From: Azolla caroliniana
Taxonomy: Eukaryota; Plantae; Polypodiophyta
Direction: 5' to 3'
Length of the DNA: 64,000 nt
Assembly: GCA_043228905.1 (NCBI GenBank)
Contig: JBHGNT010000001.1
Location: 34,224,001-34,288,000, forward strand
Each line of letters opens with the position of its first letter. Within the stretch, counting starts at the first letter, position 1. The translations under genes were made by a program, and so were the position numbers. This document shows positions 13,753-26,679 of the stretch, in pieces. Below the pieces are notes generated by a model. It was given only the letters and a program-made list of their open reading frames with translations, ran no database searches and was not told where the DNA came from.

Positions 13753-16617
13753 TTACAGAGAATCACTACTATAACTAATATAAAATGACGATTCCTCCTC
13801 GTCATCCTCGGATGTACCAATCAGTGCATTATCTTCGTCATAAACCAAATGGTTTGACTCTAGATTATATGTAGCAGATCTTGTTTGCCTTTGACTCGAG
13901 CCACCTTGTAGACATGGTAATTTTTCTTTTATTATATCTATTGTTGACTTCCTTAATCGTCCGGCTTTTGTAAGTGTGAAGTCATACACGATGATATCCA
14001 CATCAGAGATATCAAGGGTCGAGGTGTTACGAATGTTTCGCTTCCTCTTCCTACCTCCCCTTCTTGTTGGGCATTCAATCATCTCCAATGTATACTTACC
14101 TGTAAAAGCATTTGCACTTCTAGTGTTGTACCAATGAACATTTATAGACTTGATCGTGTTTTCTATTTCATGCATTAGCACTTCTAGAATTTTACCAACC
14201 CAAAATTGGTGGCCATGTGAGTTCTCATCAGCCAGCGTTGCAATCAACATCCCCACGGTGAGCTCTTGCAAATTGCCTTGCCATCTAGCTTCGGCTGCTT
14301 TGGTTATCCTTGGTCCCACATAAATGACTCTTTGTTGTGGATGGACCAAGTTGTCATTAATCGCATTTGCTAGTTGCTCCGGAGTTCTATTTACGCGATC
14401 ATGTTGCAGCGACCATGTGAATGGCGTTTCCAAAATCCAATTATCACCAGATACACAATTGTCTATAATTCCTTTTTGATCACTATAAAATACATCCCAC
14501 CATGACGTGTCTTATTGTGCGGCATATTTCTTGGCGGCCTCAATATGCTTTCTTTTTTCTTCTAAGGCTTGGAGCCATGACCGTTTTTGTTCTGATACCA
14601 AGTCGCTCTGCAATTGTCCTTTCTTCTCAATTGGCATTTGCTTAGCTCCATGGACAATTGTACTCGGCATACAAAGTAATAACTGGCAACCACCTTCAGG
14701 TTCCCATGTTGTAGAAGATGAATATTGTTTAGCATACAAAAGTGTAGAACCACTTATTCCATTTTTCTTTATCATAAAAATGTGATTGAAACTTATATTG
14801 TTTAACTGAGCAAGCACTTTAACATTCTCACCACCCCCATCTGATATATATCTCTTAAAGTCATATACCTCCTTCAAGTGTAACACTTTTGGGCGTGGTG
14901 TATATACATCACAAATGACATCAAATAGTTTAGGTAAAGTGAAAGCATCATGCTGAGACAACTGTCTGGAGAATGTGCTAAACATCTGATCTATATGGTC
15001 ATGTGTGTGGCCAACCAAAAGAAAATTGACTTTCACTTTCCTAAACAATTCTTGGTTGACCAACATACTTAGATAGCCAAACACAGTTGAATTTTTGTTC
15101 TCTCTTGCCGTATTGTCCAATTGAATGTATAGAATAGGGGGGAAAGGTTGGCCCCAAGACATCAAAACTCGGTGAATGACTGTAATTGTTAGGTTAGGGT
15201 CATTGTGAACATTGGGGTATGTAATGAAGACGTGAGGTCCAACAGACCTATTATAAGCCAAGCATCCCACCAAGTGCATTTGAACAAGGCACTCATCATT
15301 GACATCTTTAGGGAGCCTCCGCATATGTGGCAAGCACGTCTTCTTCTGGTCCATGCCATCTATCATTAAGCACATGTATTGTTCGGGCCTCTTCAAACAC
15401 TTCTCTCTATGATGCATCGCCTTCTTTCGTTCTAACGATTGTGCCTCACGATGCTCTTGTAGTAACTTCTTACTCATATCCTTTTCCATTGATGTCTTTG
15501 CACCTTTAGCCAAACTTTTAAGATTTGCTCAAATAGAGCAATACCCCATACTTACTTTACGAGGAATGATAACATTTGAAAACCGAGCTCTCCATAATCT
15601 TGTGAATTGGCTATAGGTGATAGACTTATTACGTGAGCCCATCATATCAGATCGATAGACATCATAAACTTCCCGACGTGTATAATTATCAGAAAGGTGC
15701 ATCCTACCTGTAGTGGGCATTACTTCACAATTTAACTGAAAGTAAGTTTTCATCCAACCAATAGCATGTCTTCCAATTGCACCTTTCATACTTGGAACCT
15801 CTTTACAATTGAGCAACTGATCCCCGCTAAGTAGACGTTGTTGTACTCTATGTAGCCGCATGTTACTAACACATAACACAATTTTGAATGCAACTCTACA
15901 TATCTGTTGCGCATGGAAGATATAATACTCGAATGATACTTTGATCCCCGTACATTTGTTAGATACTAGTTGCATATGTGACCCGAGGTAAGTGTCTTGC
16001 TCATCACTGATCATCGAAAAATAGTATCGCCTTAATTCTCGCAACTTTGATTTTCCAATCATAGACATACAACCACGGGCACAACATATTTTTTTGACAT
16101 CAAATCCAATCTGTTTATTTGATGTCACCAAGCTAAATCTAGCCAGACGAATTCTTCGTGGGATTCTTCTAATATGCATAGGGCTCCCAAATTTCTCTTC
16201 CTGCATAGAGGTTGGTGTAACCTTGTTACAATCTAATTCTTTGTTGTGATCATCGCCAATGTTATTCAATGTTTCCTTGGCACTACCTTCATTCTCCGTA
16301 TCTTTATTAATATCGTATTCTTCAATAGAGAACTCTTCACATGTGTCATTATTTACATTCCCTGTAGGTGAAGATGAGCTCAGACAATATTCTTCAATAG
16401 AATATGGTGAGTCTGTCGACAAACAATATTCTTCAATAGAATATGGTGAGTCTGTCGACAAACAATATTCTTCAATAGAATATGGTGAGTCTGTCGACAA
16501 ACAATATTCTTCAATAGAATATGGTGAGTTTGTCGACAAACAATACTCTTCAGTAGAAAACGATGAGTCTGATGACAAACAATATTCTTCAATCGAGAAC
16601 GGTGAATCTTCACTCAT
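13753..16617 (-). pseudogene. DDD-type transposase (Sola1/DUF7869-like), ~954 codons, two premature stops
   Basis: ORFs 15529-16617, 14512-15513 and 13753-14433 share one frame, separated only by single stops at 15529-31 and 14512-14. Motifs IDGMDQ, IQLDNTARENKN, FLLVGHTHDHIDQMFS. Cys motifs CCARGC, ICRVAF, CSI*. The superfamily name comes from motif recall plus the 4-bp TSD. Confidence 0.8.
16378..16612 (-). repeat. 39-bp coding tandem repeat (~6 copies, SIEEYCLSTDSPY) at the transposase N-terminus
   Basis: Unit tcttcaatagaatatggtgagtctgtcgacaaacaatat is repeated; a further degenerate copy lies at ~16315-16335. Confidence 0.95.
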
Positions 16618-17301
16618 GGCTTAAGGTCTAGATAGGGCTCTGTAAGTTATGTGCTTAGGGTAAGGCAAAAAACTAATAAACTCCTCTCTAAACATAAACT
16701 TCTCTCTAAACAAAAGCCAAATCAATAGAATGTCTATATTATTTAATATTATATTAATACAATACATAAAAATTTTATTTTTAATATAGTAATTGTATTT
16801 AAAATATAAATAATTATTTAAACTACGTCTATATGAAGTTAAATCAAGTATAATATAAATCTAATCATTACCAAGCCATAAATATGTTGGATTAATGTTA
16901 AAATCATTGGCTAATTAATGGCACCCATATTTGATATAGAACCTCTCACTCATTGGTTCTTTAATGCTCACCATTTTAAATATTAGACTTATCAATCATT
17001 GGTTAATTCATGCCCACATCTTTAATACACAACAATTGAGAGTCATAAAAATTGTTGCTTTTAGTAATCAATCATTGGTACATTCATGAACCTCTATCAT
17101 TGTCTCCTTCATGACCTTTGAAGTCATTGCAAGTTGTTATGACGATAAAAGATTGATCAATATGTTAGTTTGACTTTGTAATCATTAATGCAATCATAAG
17201 TTACTCTAGTTAATGTGACTGTGGTTACCAACTAACTATCCTCAAACTTACTAACCTTGGTTAAGGTGACTATGGTTACTTCAACCAATGTGGTCAATCC
17301 C

Positions 17302-17454
17302 TATAAATAGGAAGACCTCGTCATATTTCACTCACAAGAGCACACAAGAGCATACAAGAGCACACAGAGCGTACAGAGCACACAGAGCACACAAAGCACA
17401 CAGAGCACGAAGCACGAAAGCGCGATCTCCGCCTCCACTGCCACACGATCAACC
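17302..17454 (+). promoter_or_regulatory. Pol II core promoter and 5' UTR of the transposon cargo gene
   Basis: ctataaata TATA box at ~17301-17309, then an (agagcacac)n leader, then aaccATGtct at 17455. The first exon ends at cag|gtaggc. Confidence 0.6.
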
Positions 17455-17555
17455 ATGTCTTCAAAGAGAATCGAGCGCGAGGACTCCAGGTAGGCCTTTG
17501 ACACTGTGGACATTTTTGTAAATATGTTTTTTGGCTCAAGAACTCGATACGCCGT

Positions 17556-19074
17556 TGTCGTAGTGTATTTCGTACACTACGTGAAAAAGTAAAAATAATA
17601 TAACCGATTTAATTACATATAAATAAATAAAATAAGAATATCAAAATATTTATCACGTGCATAGGGCAAAATTTGAACCCTATACCTCCACATAGCCAAA
17701 CCTCAACTTTACCATTATGCTACCTTATCTTTAGTGTTCTATAAATAGATTTAATAACTATAAGTCCTTTATTTGCGCCTACCTTTATTAAAAGGTAAAT
17801 CATGCATTTTTAGAGAGCGTGAATATTTTATAGAAAAACGCAAGCAACTAAAAAGTGACTCATGCACATCTAGCGTGCATGAGCACTATATTTAGCAAAT
17901 AAAAGCAAGGATTAGAAAAGCATCACATGCACATTTAGTGTGCATGAACATATTAGAAAAAAAAAGCATGTAGCTATGCTTAGTCTCTCCCATCACTACA
18001 TAAGGATGGAGAGCACAATGTAATAGGTGTGTGAAATATTTGGAAATTGGATATATTTCCGAAAACACCAACCGATTAATATAATCGTGGGATTCACGAA
18101 AATAATATAATCTATACTTGTGGGATTCACAAGTTTCTTATATCTTTCTTTCAATCTAAATACATATTCTTATCTAAATATTGATTAATCGAATACAATA
18201 CACTCGTGGGATTCACGAAATTTCTATCTCTCTTTCTAATAATCTATTCATTACTAGCCTCATCTCATATTCTTCTTTCTCCTAGTCCAAAACCTCGGCG
18301 GTTCCCACCCGACTCACGCAACGATCCGGAGCTGAAAGGCACGACACAGTTGGTGAACCCGACGTGAAGACGGGTGGCAAGGGGATGGAGAATCAACAAG
18401 AGGCGATGAACATGATGATGATGATGGTTGAGCGGATGCAACAAGAACAACGCGCGATGACAGAGATGAAGGCGGTAGTAGAGCGGCTTGTGCGACGAAA
18501 TGGGGAATTCAACGGAAATGATGTGTCACACTATCTACGTGACTACGAAGGGAAGATGATGCGAGGTGGGATACCGGAAGGATTGCAAGTGATATCCTTC
18601 AATCGGGTAGCCACAAATGAGTTACAAGAAAGAATTTACAAGATACGGCAACAAAATCCAACATGGGGGTCCTTTGAAGAAGCTTTACGAGAGGCATATG
18701 ACTACGAGAGATCGAAGGGACGAGATCGACGCGAGTTTGACGAATGGGTGGCATCGGAGAAGGCCCACCGAAGTGCAACACAAGCATTCCTAGAGTTCGA
18801 GCATCGTCTTGCTTGACTCTCGGAGCGGGAACAACGATTGGTGGGGGAGGATAAAGTCCTAATGTTCGTAAAATCGATCGATCGAAAAGAAAGGATGGAC
18901 ATCGGGATCGAACTCGAAGACGATGACGGTACGAATGGTCTTACCGAAGATTGGGCCGAAGTCCAAAGGGTATGCCAAAGACATGATGAGAGGAAGATGA
19001 GAATCTTGTCAACGACATGGCCGATGAAGGATGGTCGATTGAAGACAAACGATCCGGAGCCGAAAGGCACGACA
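17556..19074 (+). mobile_element. Internally deleted Ty3/gypsy element (LTR, tRNA-Trp PBS, gag fragment, last ~28 bp of 3' LTR)
   Basis: LTR 17556-18346 (tgtcgtagtg...cacgaca). PBS tggtgaacccgacgtgaa at 18351. Gag is similar to ORF 32669. TSD CCGT at 17552-55 and 19075-78. Confidence 0.88.
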
Positions 19075-19078
19075 CCGT

Positions 19079-19350
19079 ATCGAGTTCCTGTATAAAATAC
19101 AAACTACAAGAACTCGATACGGCGTATCGAGTTCCTATTTTTTTTTTTCTTTTTAAACAGGAACTCGACACTTTAAACAGGAACTCGATACGCCGTATCG
19201 AGTTCCCATTTAAAGTTTAGGTTTTAAATAGGAACTCGATATGGCGTATCGAGTTCCTGTTTAAAAAGCAAAGAAAACACTGTATCGAGTTCCTGGATTA
19301 TGTTTGCGTTCTAAACAGGAACTCGATACGCCGTATCAAGTTCCTGTATA
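19079..19350. repeat. Array of 29-bp palindromes aggaactcgatacgScgtatcgagttcct
   Basis: Full copies at ~19109-19136, 19179-19207, 19230-19258 and 19317-19345. One more copy is split by the LTR element (17539-17555 plus 19079-19090). Half sites at ~19159 and ~19282. Confidence 0.92.
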
Positions 19351-19841
19351 AAAGAAGGCCCTGAAAGAGAAAAATTGTGTTTTTGGGGCAACAATTAATT
19401 ATTGTGTGGAAAATATATCAAACTGTCTGTCAAAATCAGTCTTTTTTATGTTGACTTGCCTTAATTTAAAAAAAAAACATGCCCTAATTATAGGTCTATG
19501 ACCTACTATAGCTTAAAATAGTAGAAAATAACCCACAAATTACCTTTATGATAGCAAATTCTCCTCAATATAGGTTTGGAATCAATATAAGTCATACCTC
19601 CTCTTTAAAAGAATATAGAACCCTGTATACTTATTACGATATATATTTTCTAGTTTGAATAGCCCTGCCTAGAATAGATTTTTGAATATAGGACTACTAT
19701 GTACTCTGAATGCATGATTGATATTTTCACTTCACCACTAATCGCCTGCTAGTGAGAACCGTTCTTCATCTACTTATTTATATTTTAATATACAAACTTA
19801 ATCTACGTGACCACCTAACTTATGTTTTTGCATGTACTTTC

Positions 19842-22800
19842 TGTTGGGATTACGGTCCCTTCGGATGGGATGGTCGGATGTCCGGAGATGAATGACGGCA
19901 AGCCCGGTTGCGGTTACGGAGCCGGATGATGAAGACCCCGGCTACGGAGCCGGATGATGAATACCCCGGCTACGGAGCCGGATGATGAAGACCCCGGTTA
20001 CGGAGCCGGATGTTGAAGACCCCGGTTACGGAGCCGGATGACGAATGTACCCGGAGAGAGATCCGGATGCGGGGACATATTTGTGAATATGTTTTGCCAA
20101 GAGCCCTTGAGGCTATATTTGTAAATAGCCCGAAAGTCATATATGTATAAACATGACTTAGGGCAAACAGTTTAAATGTCGTTGCTCATTTTTTTTCTGT
20201 TTTATCTAGAGGGAGCGAAGTGAGAGCAGCCAAGAGAGAGAGAGAGAGGAAGGAAGAGGTCGACGCCTCTGTGTAATACCGCCGCCTGTGGCGAGGACAG
20301 CGAGCTCAAGGTCGTTGCCTTGCAGCTCGCCATTGTACATTCCCCGCGTATAGTGATAGTTGGAGTCTTGCACTCCCGTGGTTTTTCCCATTTAGGGTTT
20401 TCCACGTAAAACATCCAGTGTACCCTTCTCTCTATTGTTTTCGTGCATTCTTGTATTTCCCGTTTTCTGTGAATCGATCCTGTTCCTCGGTTGTGGCCGA
20501 GCACGGAATTTCAACAAAGTGGTATCAGAGCAACGGTAACACAGAAAATGGAAGGCGGCAGCAGCGGGCAGCCGGGGATGATGGTGCTGAATGCGCAGAA
20601 TTACGCCGACTGGAAGATCAAGATGGAGGATCTTCTGATTGTTCGGGATCTGTACGAACCGATTGACAGGTCGGAAATACCGAAGGGGGTACTTGAGTCG
20701 GAATGGAGGCTTCTAAACCGGAAAGCCGTTGCAACCATTCGGCAATACGTCGACGTGAGTGTTCTACAACACGTGGCGAACGACACCAACGCATATGAGA
20801 TGTGGCGGAAGCTGTCGGGCCTCTACGAGAGGAAGAATGCGTTGAACCGGACCTCCCTGATGAGAAAGATAGTGAACCTCAAGTACCGGGACGGCGAGAG
20901 TATGGTGGAACACGTAAGCACGTTCATGGGATTCGTGAACCAGCTTGCGGCGATCAAGTTCCCGTTGGAGGATGCAATGCAAGCCATCATTCTGATGTGT
21001 ACATTGCCGGACAGCTGGGAGAACTTGGTGGTGACTCTCAACACCTCCTGCACCGAAGATAACTTGTCCCTACAAACGGTAAAGATGAGTATTTTGAACG
21101 AAGAAGCGCGTCGGAGAGATAAAGAACCGGCCTCCGACTCGAAGGCGCTGCTTACCGAATCGGAACGGGGAAGACAATGGAACCGGAGTCCGCAAAGACG
21201 GGAGAAGTCGGGGACCCGGTCGCAGTCAAGAGGAAGACCCACATGATTCCACTGTGGGAAGCCGGGGCACTTCCGAAAGAATTGTCGGCATTACCGAAAA
21301 GACAACGGAGCCGACGACACCGATTCGAAGAAGTCTTCGGATCGGAACGGTGCTTACCGGGGAGCTACGGACCGGAATGGTTCGGATCGGCGAGGGCAGG
21401 ACCGGAAAGGAACGACGGCACTCGAGGCAAGTGAAGAGGAGATCATGCTCATCACCGAAGAAGGTGAACTAAACATTGCCGGCAATGAGACTACCTGGGT
21501 GGTCGATTCCGGAGCGTCGTTCCACCTGACCCCGGAAAGAAGATACTTCTCATCCTACACAGCCGGTGAGCATGGCTGTGTTCGGATGGGAAATGAAGGT
21601 ACGTGCCGGATTGCCGGTGTAGGAGACGTGTGGTTGACAACCTCGACCGGATGCAAAATGCTGCTGAAGGATGTCAGACACGTTCCGGAGGTTCGATTGA
21701 ACCTGATTTCGGCCGGGAGGCTAGACGATGAAGGCTACACTGGTAGCATCCGGAACGGCGTAATGAAGTTCAGCAAGGGGAGCCTGATAGTGGCTCGGGC
21801 CCGGAAAGTCAACACACTGTACCTTATGAATGCCTGGTTGTGTCCGGAAGAGTTGAACGTGGCAGCCGACACTGCCGGTGAGCTGTGGCACAAGAGACTG
21901 TGCCACATGAGTGAGAAGGGGATGAAGAGGCTTGCAGAAGACAACCTTATTCCAGTGAAGCATGTGCACCTGGAGAAGTGCACCGATTGCCTGGCCGGTA
22001 AGCAGAACCGAACCTCCTTCCATTCAAGGCCACCGACGAGACGTAGCGCACCATTGGAGTTGGTGCACACTGATGTGTGTCAGGTAGAAACGAAGTCACA
22101 TGGCGGAGCCCAGTACTTCGTAACATTCATTGATGATCACAGCCGGAAGCTGTGGACGGCACCGTTGAAGACAAAGGACCAAGTGTTGTGCGTCTTCAAA
22201 GAACTCCACGCGAGAGTGGAAAGGGAATCCGGCAAGAAGCTGAAAGCGATACGAGCGGATAACGGAGGGGAATACCGGGGGCAGTTCGCGGAGTACTGTC
22301 GCTCGAAGGGAATCCGACTCGAGTTTACTGTGCCGAAGACGCCGAAACTGAACGGGCTGGCCGAGAGGATGAACCGGACCATAATGGAGAGGGTCCGGAG
22401 TATGCTGGCGCATGCGAAATTACCCAAGGGGTTTTGGGCTGAGGCAATGTCGACGGCGACATACGTGATAAACAGATCACCCTCAGTACCTTTGGACGGA
22501 GACACGCCGCAGAGAGTGTGGACCGGCAGGGAAGTATCCTACCGGCATCTGAAGGTGTTCGGGTGTCTCGCATACGTGCATGTGGCTAAGGACCGGAGAG
22601 GAAAGCTAGATCCAAAGACCCGGCCATGCATATTCCTCGGTTACGGCGATGACGAGTTCGGCTACCGAGTATGGGACCCGGTCGACAAGAAGATATTCCG
22701 GAGTCGTGATATCATCTTCATGGAGAACAAGACACTCGCCGACTGGGAGTCGGAGAAGAAGATGAAGAGCTCCAAGTCGACCGGTGAGGATCAACTCTAC

Positions 22801-25306
22801 GAGGAGCAGTCCCGACCGGCAAGGGACCGGTTAGCACTCGAGGATCCGGCCGAAGACGGTGAAGAAACAGAACCGGCCGAAGAAGATGAAAATGATACCG
22901 GAACCGGCCCCGATCCCGAAATGGATTCGGATGAAGAAGAAGCGGAAGAACCGGTTACCAAAGCTTCGGAACGGAGATATCCTCTAAGAGAGAGAAGGGC
23001 CCCCCGGAGATTTCCGGAACCAGAGCATGTGCTGCTAACCGACGAGGGGGAGCCGGAGAGCTTTGAAGAAGCAAAGCATGACACCCAGAGCCGCAGGTGG
23101 TTGAGTGCCATGCAGGACGAGATGGATTCCCTGCATGAGAACCACACATATGAACTTGTGGAGTTGCCGAAAGGAAAGCGGGCACTTCGAAACAAGTGGG
23201 TATTCAAGCTGAAACCGGGAGATGCCGGAAACCCCCCGAGATACAAAGCCAGGATCGTGGTGAAGGGGTTTCAGCAGAAGAAGGGCGTCGACTTCGACGA
23301 GATATTTGCCCCGGTAGTGAAGATGACCTCCATCCGGACGGTGATGAGCATAGCGGCAAGCATGGACCTCGAGGTAGAACAGATGGACGTGAAGACGGCA
23401 TTCCTTCACGGTGACCTCGAAGAAGAGATCTACATGCAGCAACCGGAAGGATTCGAGAAGAAAGGGAAGGAGCATCTGGTATGCCGGTTGAAGAAGAGCC
23501 GTTACGGACTGAAGCAGGCTCCCCGACAATGGTACCGGAAGTTCGACTCCTTCATGACCGACGAAGGGTACCTCAAAACGCAGTCCGACCACTGCGTGTT
23601 TGTGAAGAAGTTTGAAGGAGGAGACTTTCTAATACTCCTCCTGTACGTGGACGACATGTTGATCGTCGGACGGGACCAGGTCAAGATTCGGATGCTGAAG
23701 AAGGCTCTTCACCGAACCTTCTCAATGAAGGACTTGGGTCCGGCGAGACAAATACTAGGGATGCACATCATCCGGGACCGGAGCAAGAAGCAGTTGTGGC
23801 TGTCACAGGAGAAGTACGTGACAAAGGTGCTTAAACGGTTCAACATGTCGGAAGCAAGACCGGTCGGATCGACCCTCCTGACAAACTGCAAGCTGTCCAG
23901 CAAGCAGAGCCCCAAGACAAAGGCTGAGAAGGAGGACATGATGAAAGTACCATATGCCTCTGCCGTCGGGAGCTTGATGTACGCAATGGTGTGTACCCGA
24001 CCGGACATAGCATATGCAGTCGGAGTGGTGAGTCGGTACATGAGCAATCCCGGCAAAGAGCATTGGAACGCGGCCAAGTGGATACTCCGATACCTGAAGG
24101 GCACGGCAAACGTGTGCCTCCGATTCGGCTCCGGTAAGCCCGAACTCGACGGCTTTACCGATTCGGATATGTCGGCTGATGCAGATACTAGCCGGTCCAC
24201 ATCAGGGTATGTGATGACGTATGCAGGGGGAGCTGTTTCGTGGCAGTCGAGGCTGCAGAAGACGGTTGCGTTGTCAACCACAGAGGCGGAGTACATGGCG
24301 GCTGTTGAAGCCGGCAAGGAGATAATATGGATGAAGGACTTCATTAGAGAGCTCGGTATCCGGCAGGAGGAGTACCGACTCTACTGCGACAGTCAGAGTG
24401 CAATCCACCTTGCGAAGAACGCGGCCTATCACTCCCGGACGAAGCACATCCAGCGAAGATATCACTGGATCCGGGAAAGGATAGAAGACAAGGAGTTCGT
24501 GCTGACGAAAATCCACACGGACGAGAACGGGTCGGATATGCTGACCAAGGTGCTCACACCCGACAAGCTGGAAGCATGCTGGAAGAGGATCGGATTGGAG
24601 AGACATCCCATGCCGAAGTGAAGGGGGAGTTTGTTGGGATTACGGTCCCTTCGGATGGGATGGTCGGATGTCCGGAGATGAATGACGGCAAGCCCGGTTG
24701 CGGTTACGGAGCCGGATGATGAAGACCCCGGCTACGGAGCCGGATGATGAATACCCCGGCTACGGAGCCGGATGATGAAGACCCCGGTTACGGAGCCGGA
24801 TGCTGAAGACCCCGGTTACGGAGCCGGATGACGAATGTACCCGGAGAGAGATCCGGATGCGGGGACATATTTGTGAATATGTTTTGCCAAGAGCCCTTGA
24901 GGCTATATTTGTAAATAGCCCGAAAGTCATATATGTATAAACATGACTTAGGGCAAACAGTTTAAATGTCGTTGCTCATTTTTTTTCTGTTTTATCTAGA
25001 GGGAGCGAAGTGAGAGCAGCCAAGAGAGAGAGAGAGAGGAAGGAAGAGGTCGACGCCTCTGTGTAATACCGCCGCCTGTGGCGAGGACAGCGAGCTCAAG
25101 GTCGTTGCCTTGCAGCTCGCCATTGTACATTCCCCGCGTATAGTGATAGTTGGAGTCTTGCACTCCCGTGGTTTTTCCCATTTAGGGTTTTCCACGTAAA
25201 ACATCCAGTGTACCCTTCTCTCTATTGTTTTCGTGCATTCTTGTATTTCCCGTTTTCTGTGAATCGATCCTATTCCTCGGTTGTGGCCGAGCACGGAATT
25301 TCAACA
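19842..25306 (+). mobile_element. Full-length young Ty1/copia LTR retrotransposon
   Basis: LTRs 19842-20516 and 24632-25306 (675 bp, 2 mismatches seen). TSD CTTTC. tRNA-iMet PBS tggtatcagagc at 20520. PPT aagggggag at 24621-29. 29-bp tandem repeats in U3. Inserted in intron 1 of the cargo gene, 13 nt before the end of that intron. Confidence 0.97.
20548..24621 (+). CDS. Copia gag-pol polyprotein (gag, Zn knuckle, PR, IN, RT, RNase H), one in-frame TGA
   Basis: WVVDSGAS, WHKRLCH, VHTDV, IRADNGGEY, NGLAERMN, QMDVKTAFLHG, LYVDDM, FTDSD, RTKHI. TGA at 21244-46 replaces the first Cys of CX2CX4HX4C; the frame is otherwise continuous. Confidence 0.93.
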
Positions 25307-26679
25307 CTTTCTTAAATAGGTCGTTTGAGAACCTGTCAGACAGACCCGTGAAGAAAATAAAGCTTCGCATACAGGGTTCTCCAATCGAAGCACAGACCAA
25401 GGTAGCTCCCGAGTCCATGAAGAGAGGACAAAAGCTTCTCTTCAACGAGGAGTCAAAATCTCAACCACACATTGACGTTAGCCAAAAGAAACTTGTAGTA
25501 GCTACTGGAGGTGAAGACCTTCCTGATCGTGATCTAACGGACAAGGAATGGTGTATGCAATACATCGACTCAAAGAAAAAAGTCGTATTGTATACAACAA
25601 AGAAGAAGGGGGAGGGGCAGCTTGGAAAGGAAACCCCATTTATGTATGGCCGTATTCTACGATTTGACTACGAAGATGCAGATTCGGCCAACATACTGGT
25701 AATGATAGAGTGCTCCAAGGGGGTATGTAAAGTGTTATTTTTAGAAGATCTTTTAGTAAAGGAATCTTGTGGGCCAGACGCGTTCAAAAAAGATCTTGAC
25801 AGCTCACAAAACCTTATTGTTACCTTGAGGCCTTATATACAAGGCCATGTAACTCTAAGAGATGAAGTGCCCTCTCCATTGAAGGCCACAAAAAGGGTAT
25901 CCAAAGTCCAGTCAAGACCACCAAAGAAGAAGACAACCAAAATGTCGGACTCCGATTCAACAAGTGAAAACGAAGAGGAGGACAATAAGGGGACGCCAGG
26001 AGCTGAGCTGGCATCGGGTGTTTTGTCATCCAAGTAGAATAAGATAAGGAGAGAGTTAATGCAACGTAAACTGGTTAGGAAAGGGCAAGTGTTTAATTTG
26101 CCTATAACACACATCCATCGGCCCCCTATTGATGAAAAAATAGGTCGATGACCACTTGAGATTAGAGAGCCACACCGTATGCATGTTCAAAATCTCAAGA
26201 AAAAAATGAAAATTAATCCTCATGCCACTGTGGTGCCTTTTATTGTTATGGTAGATCTTGAAGAATGTGAAACCATTGAAGATTTTGATATTAGAAAGCA
26301 TGATCAATATAATTACTTTGTCATTGGTGGATCGCATTCAGCGGAGGCACGTCGGCAACTTGTGAGAGAACATCCAACGACTTTCTTCTTCAAGTATGCC
26401 GAGTGCAAAATTTATGTTGGGCTCACAACCGAAGAGGCTAAGCTGTTGGCATGGGACCATAATAATGATAATGACTATAGGCAGAAAATGTTGTCGATTG
26501 AGCGTATACGGTTCTTCCACCACGAGTATTTGGACGTGAAACAAAAGTTTGGTGTGAAGTTACATCCAGGCCTACGACGTCAATGTCTGCATGAAGTCGG
26601 TATTGTTGTAGATGATAATGTTAAGTCCGATGGTCTTCGAAAATATGAGTCTTGGTTTCAATTGGCGTTTAGAGATGGA

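Noticed and set aside
16378-16612. 39-bp repeats as a CRISPR array
   Set aside because: Head-to-tail with no spacers and in frame within the transposase.
19079-19350. CRISPR-like array (palindromic ~29-bp repeats with spacers)
   Set aside because: Spacing is irregular, spacers are AT-rich and low-complexity, half sites are present, there are no cas genes, and the context is a eukaryotic intron.
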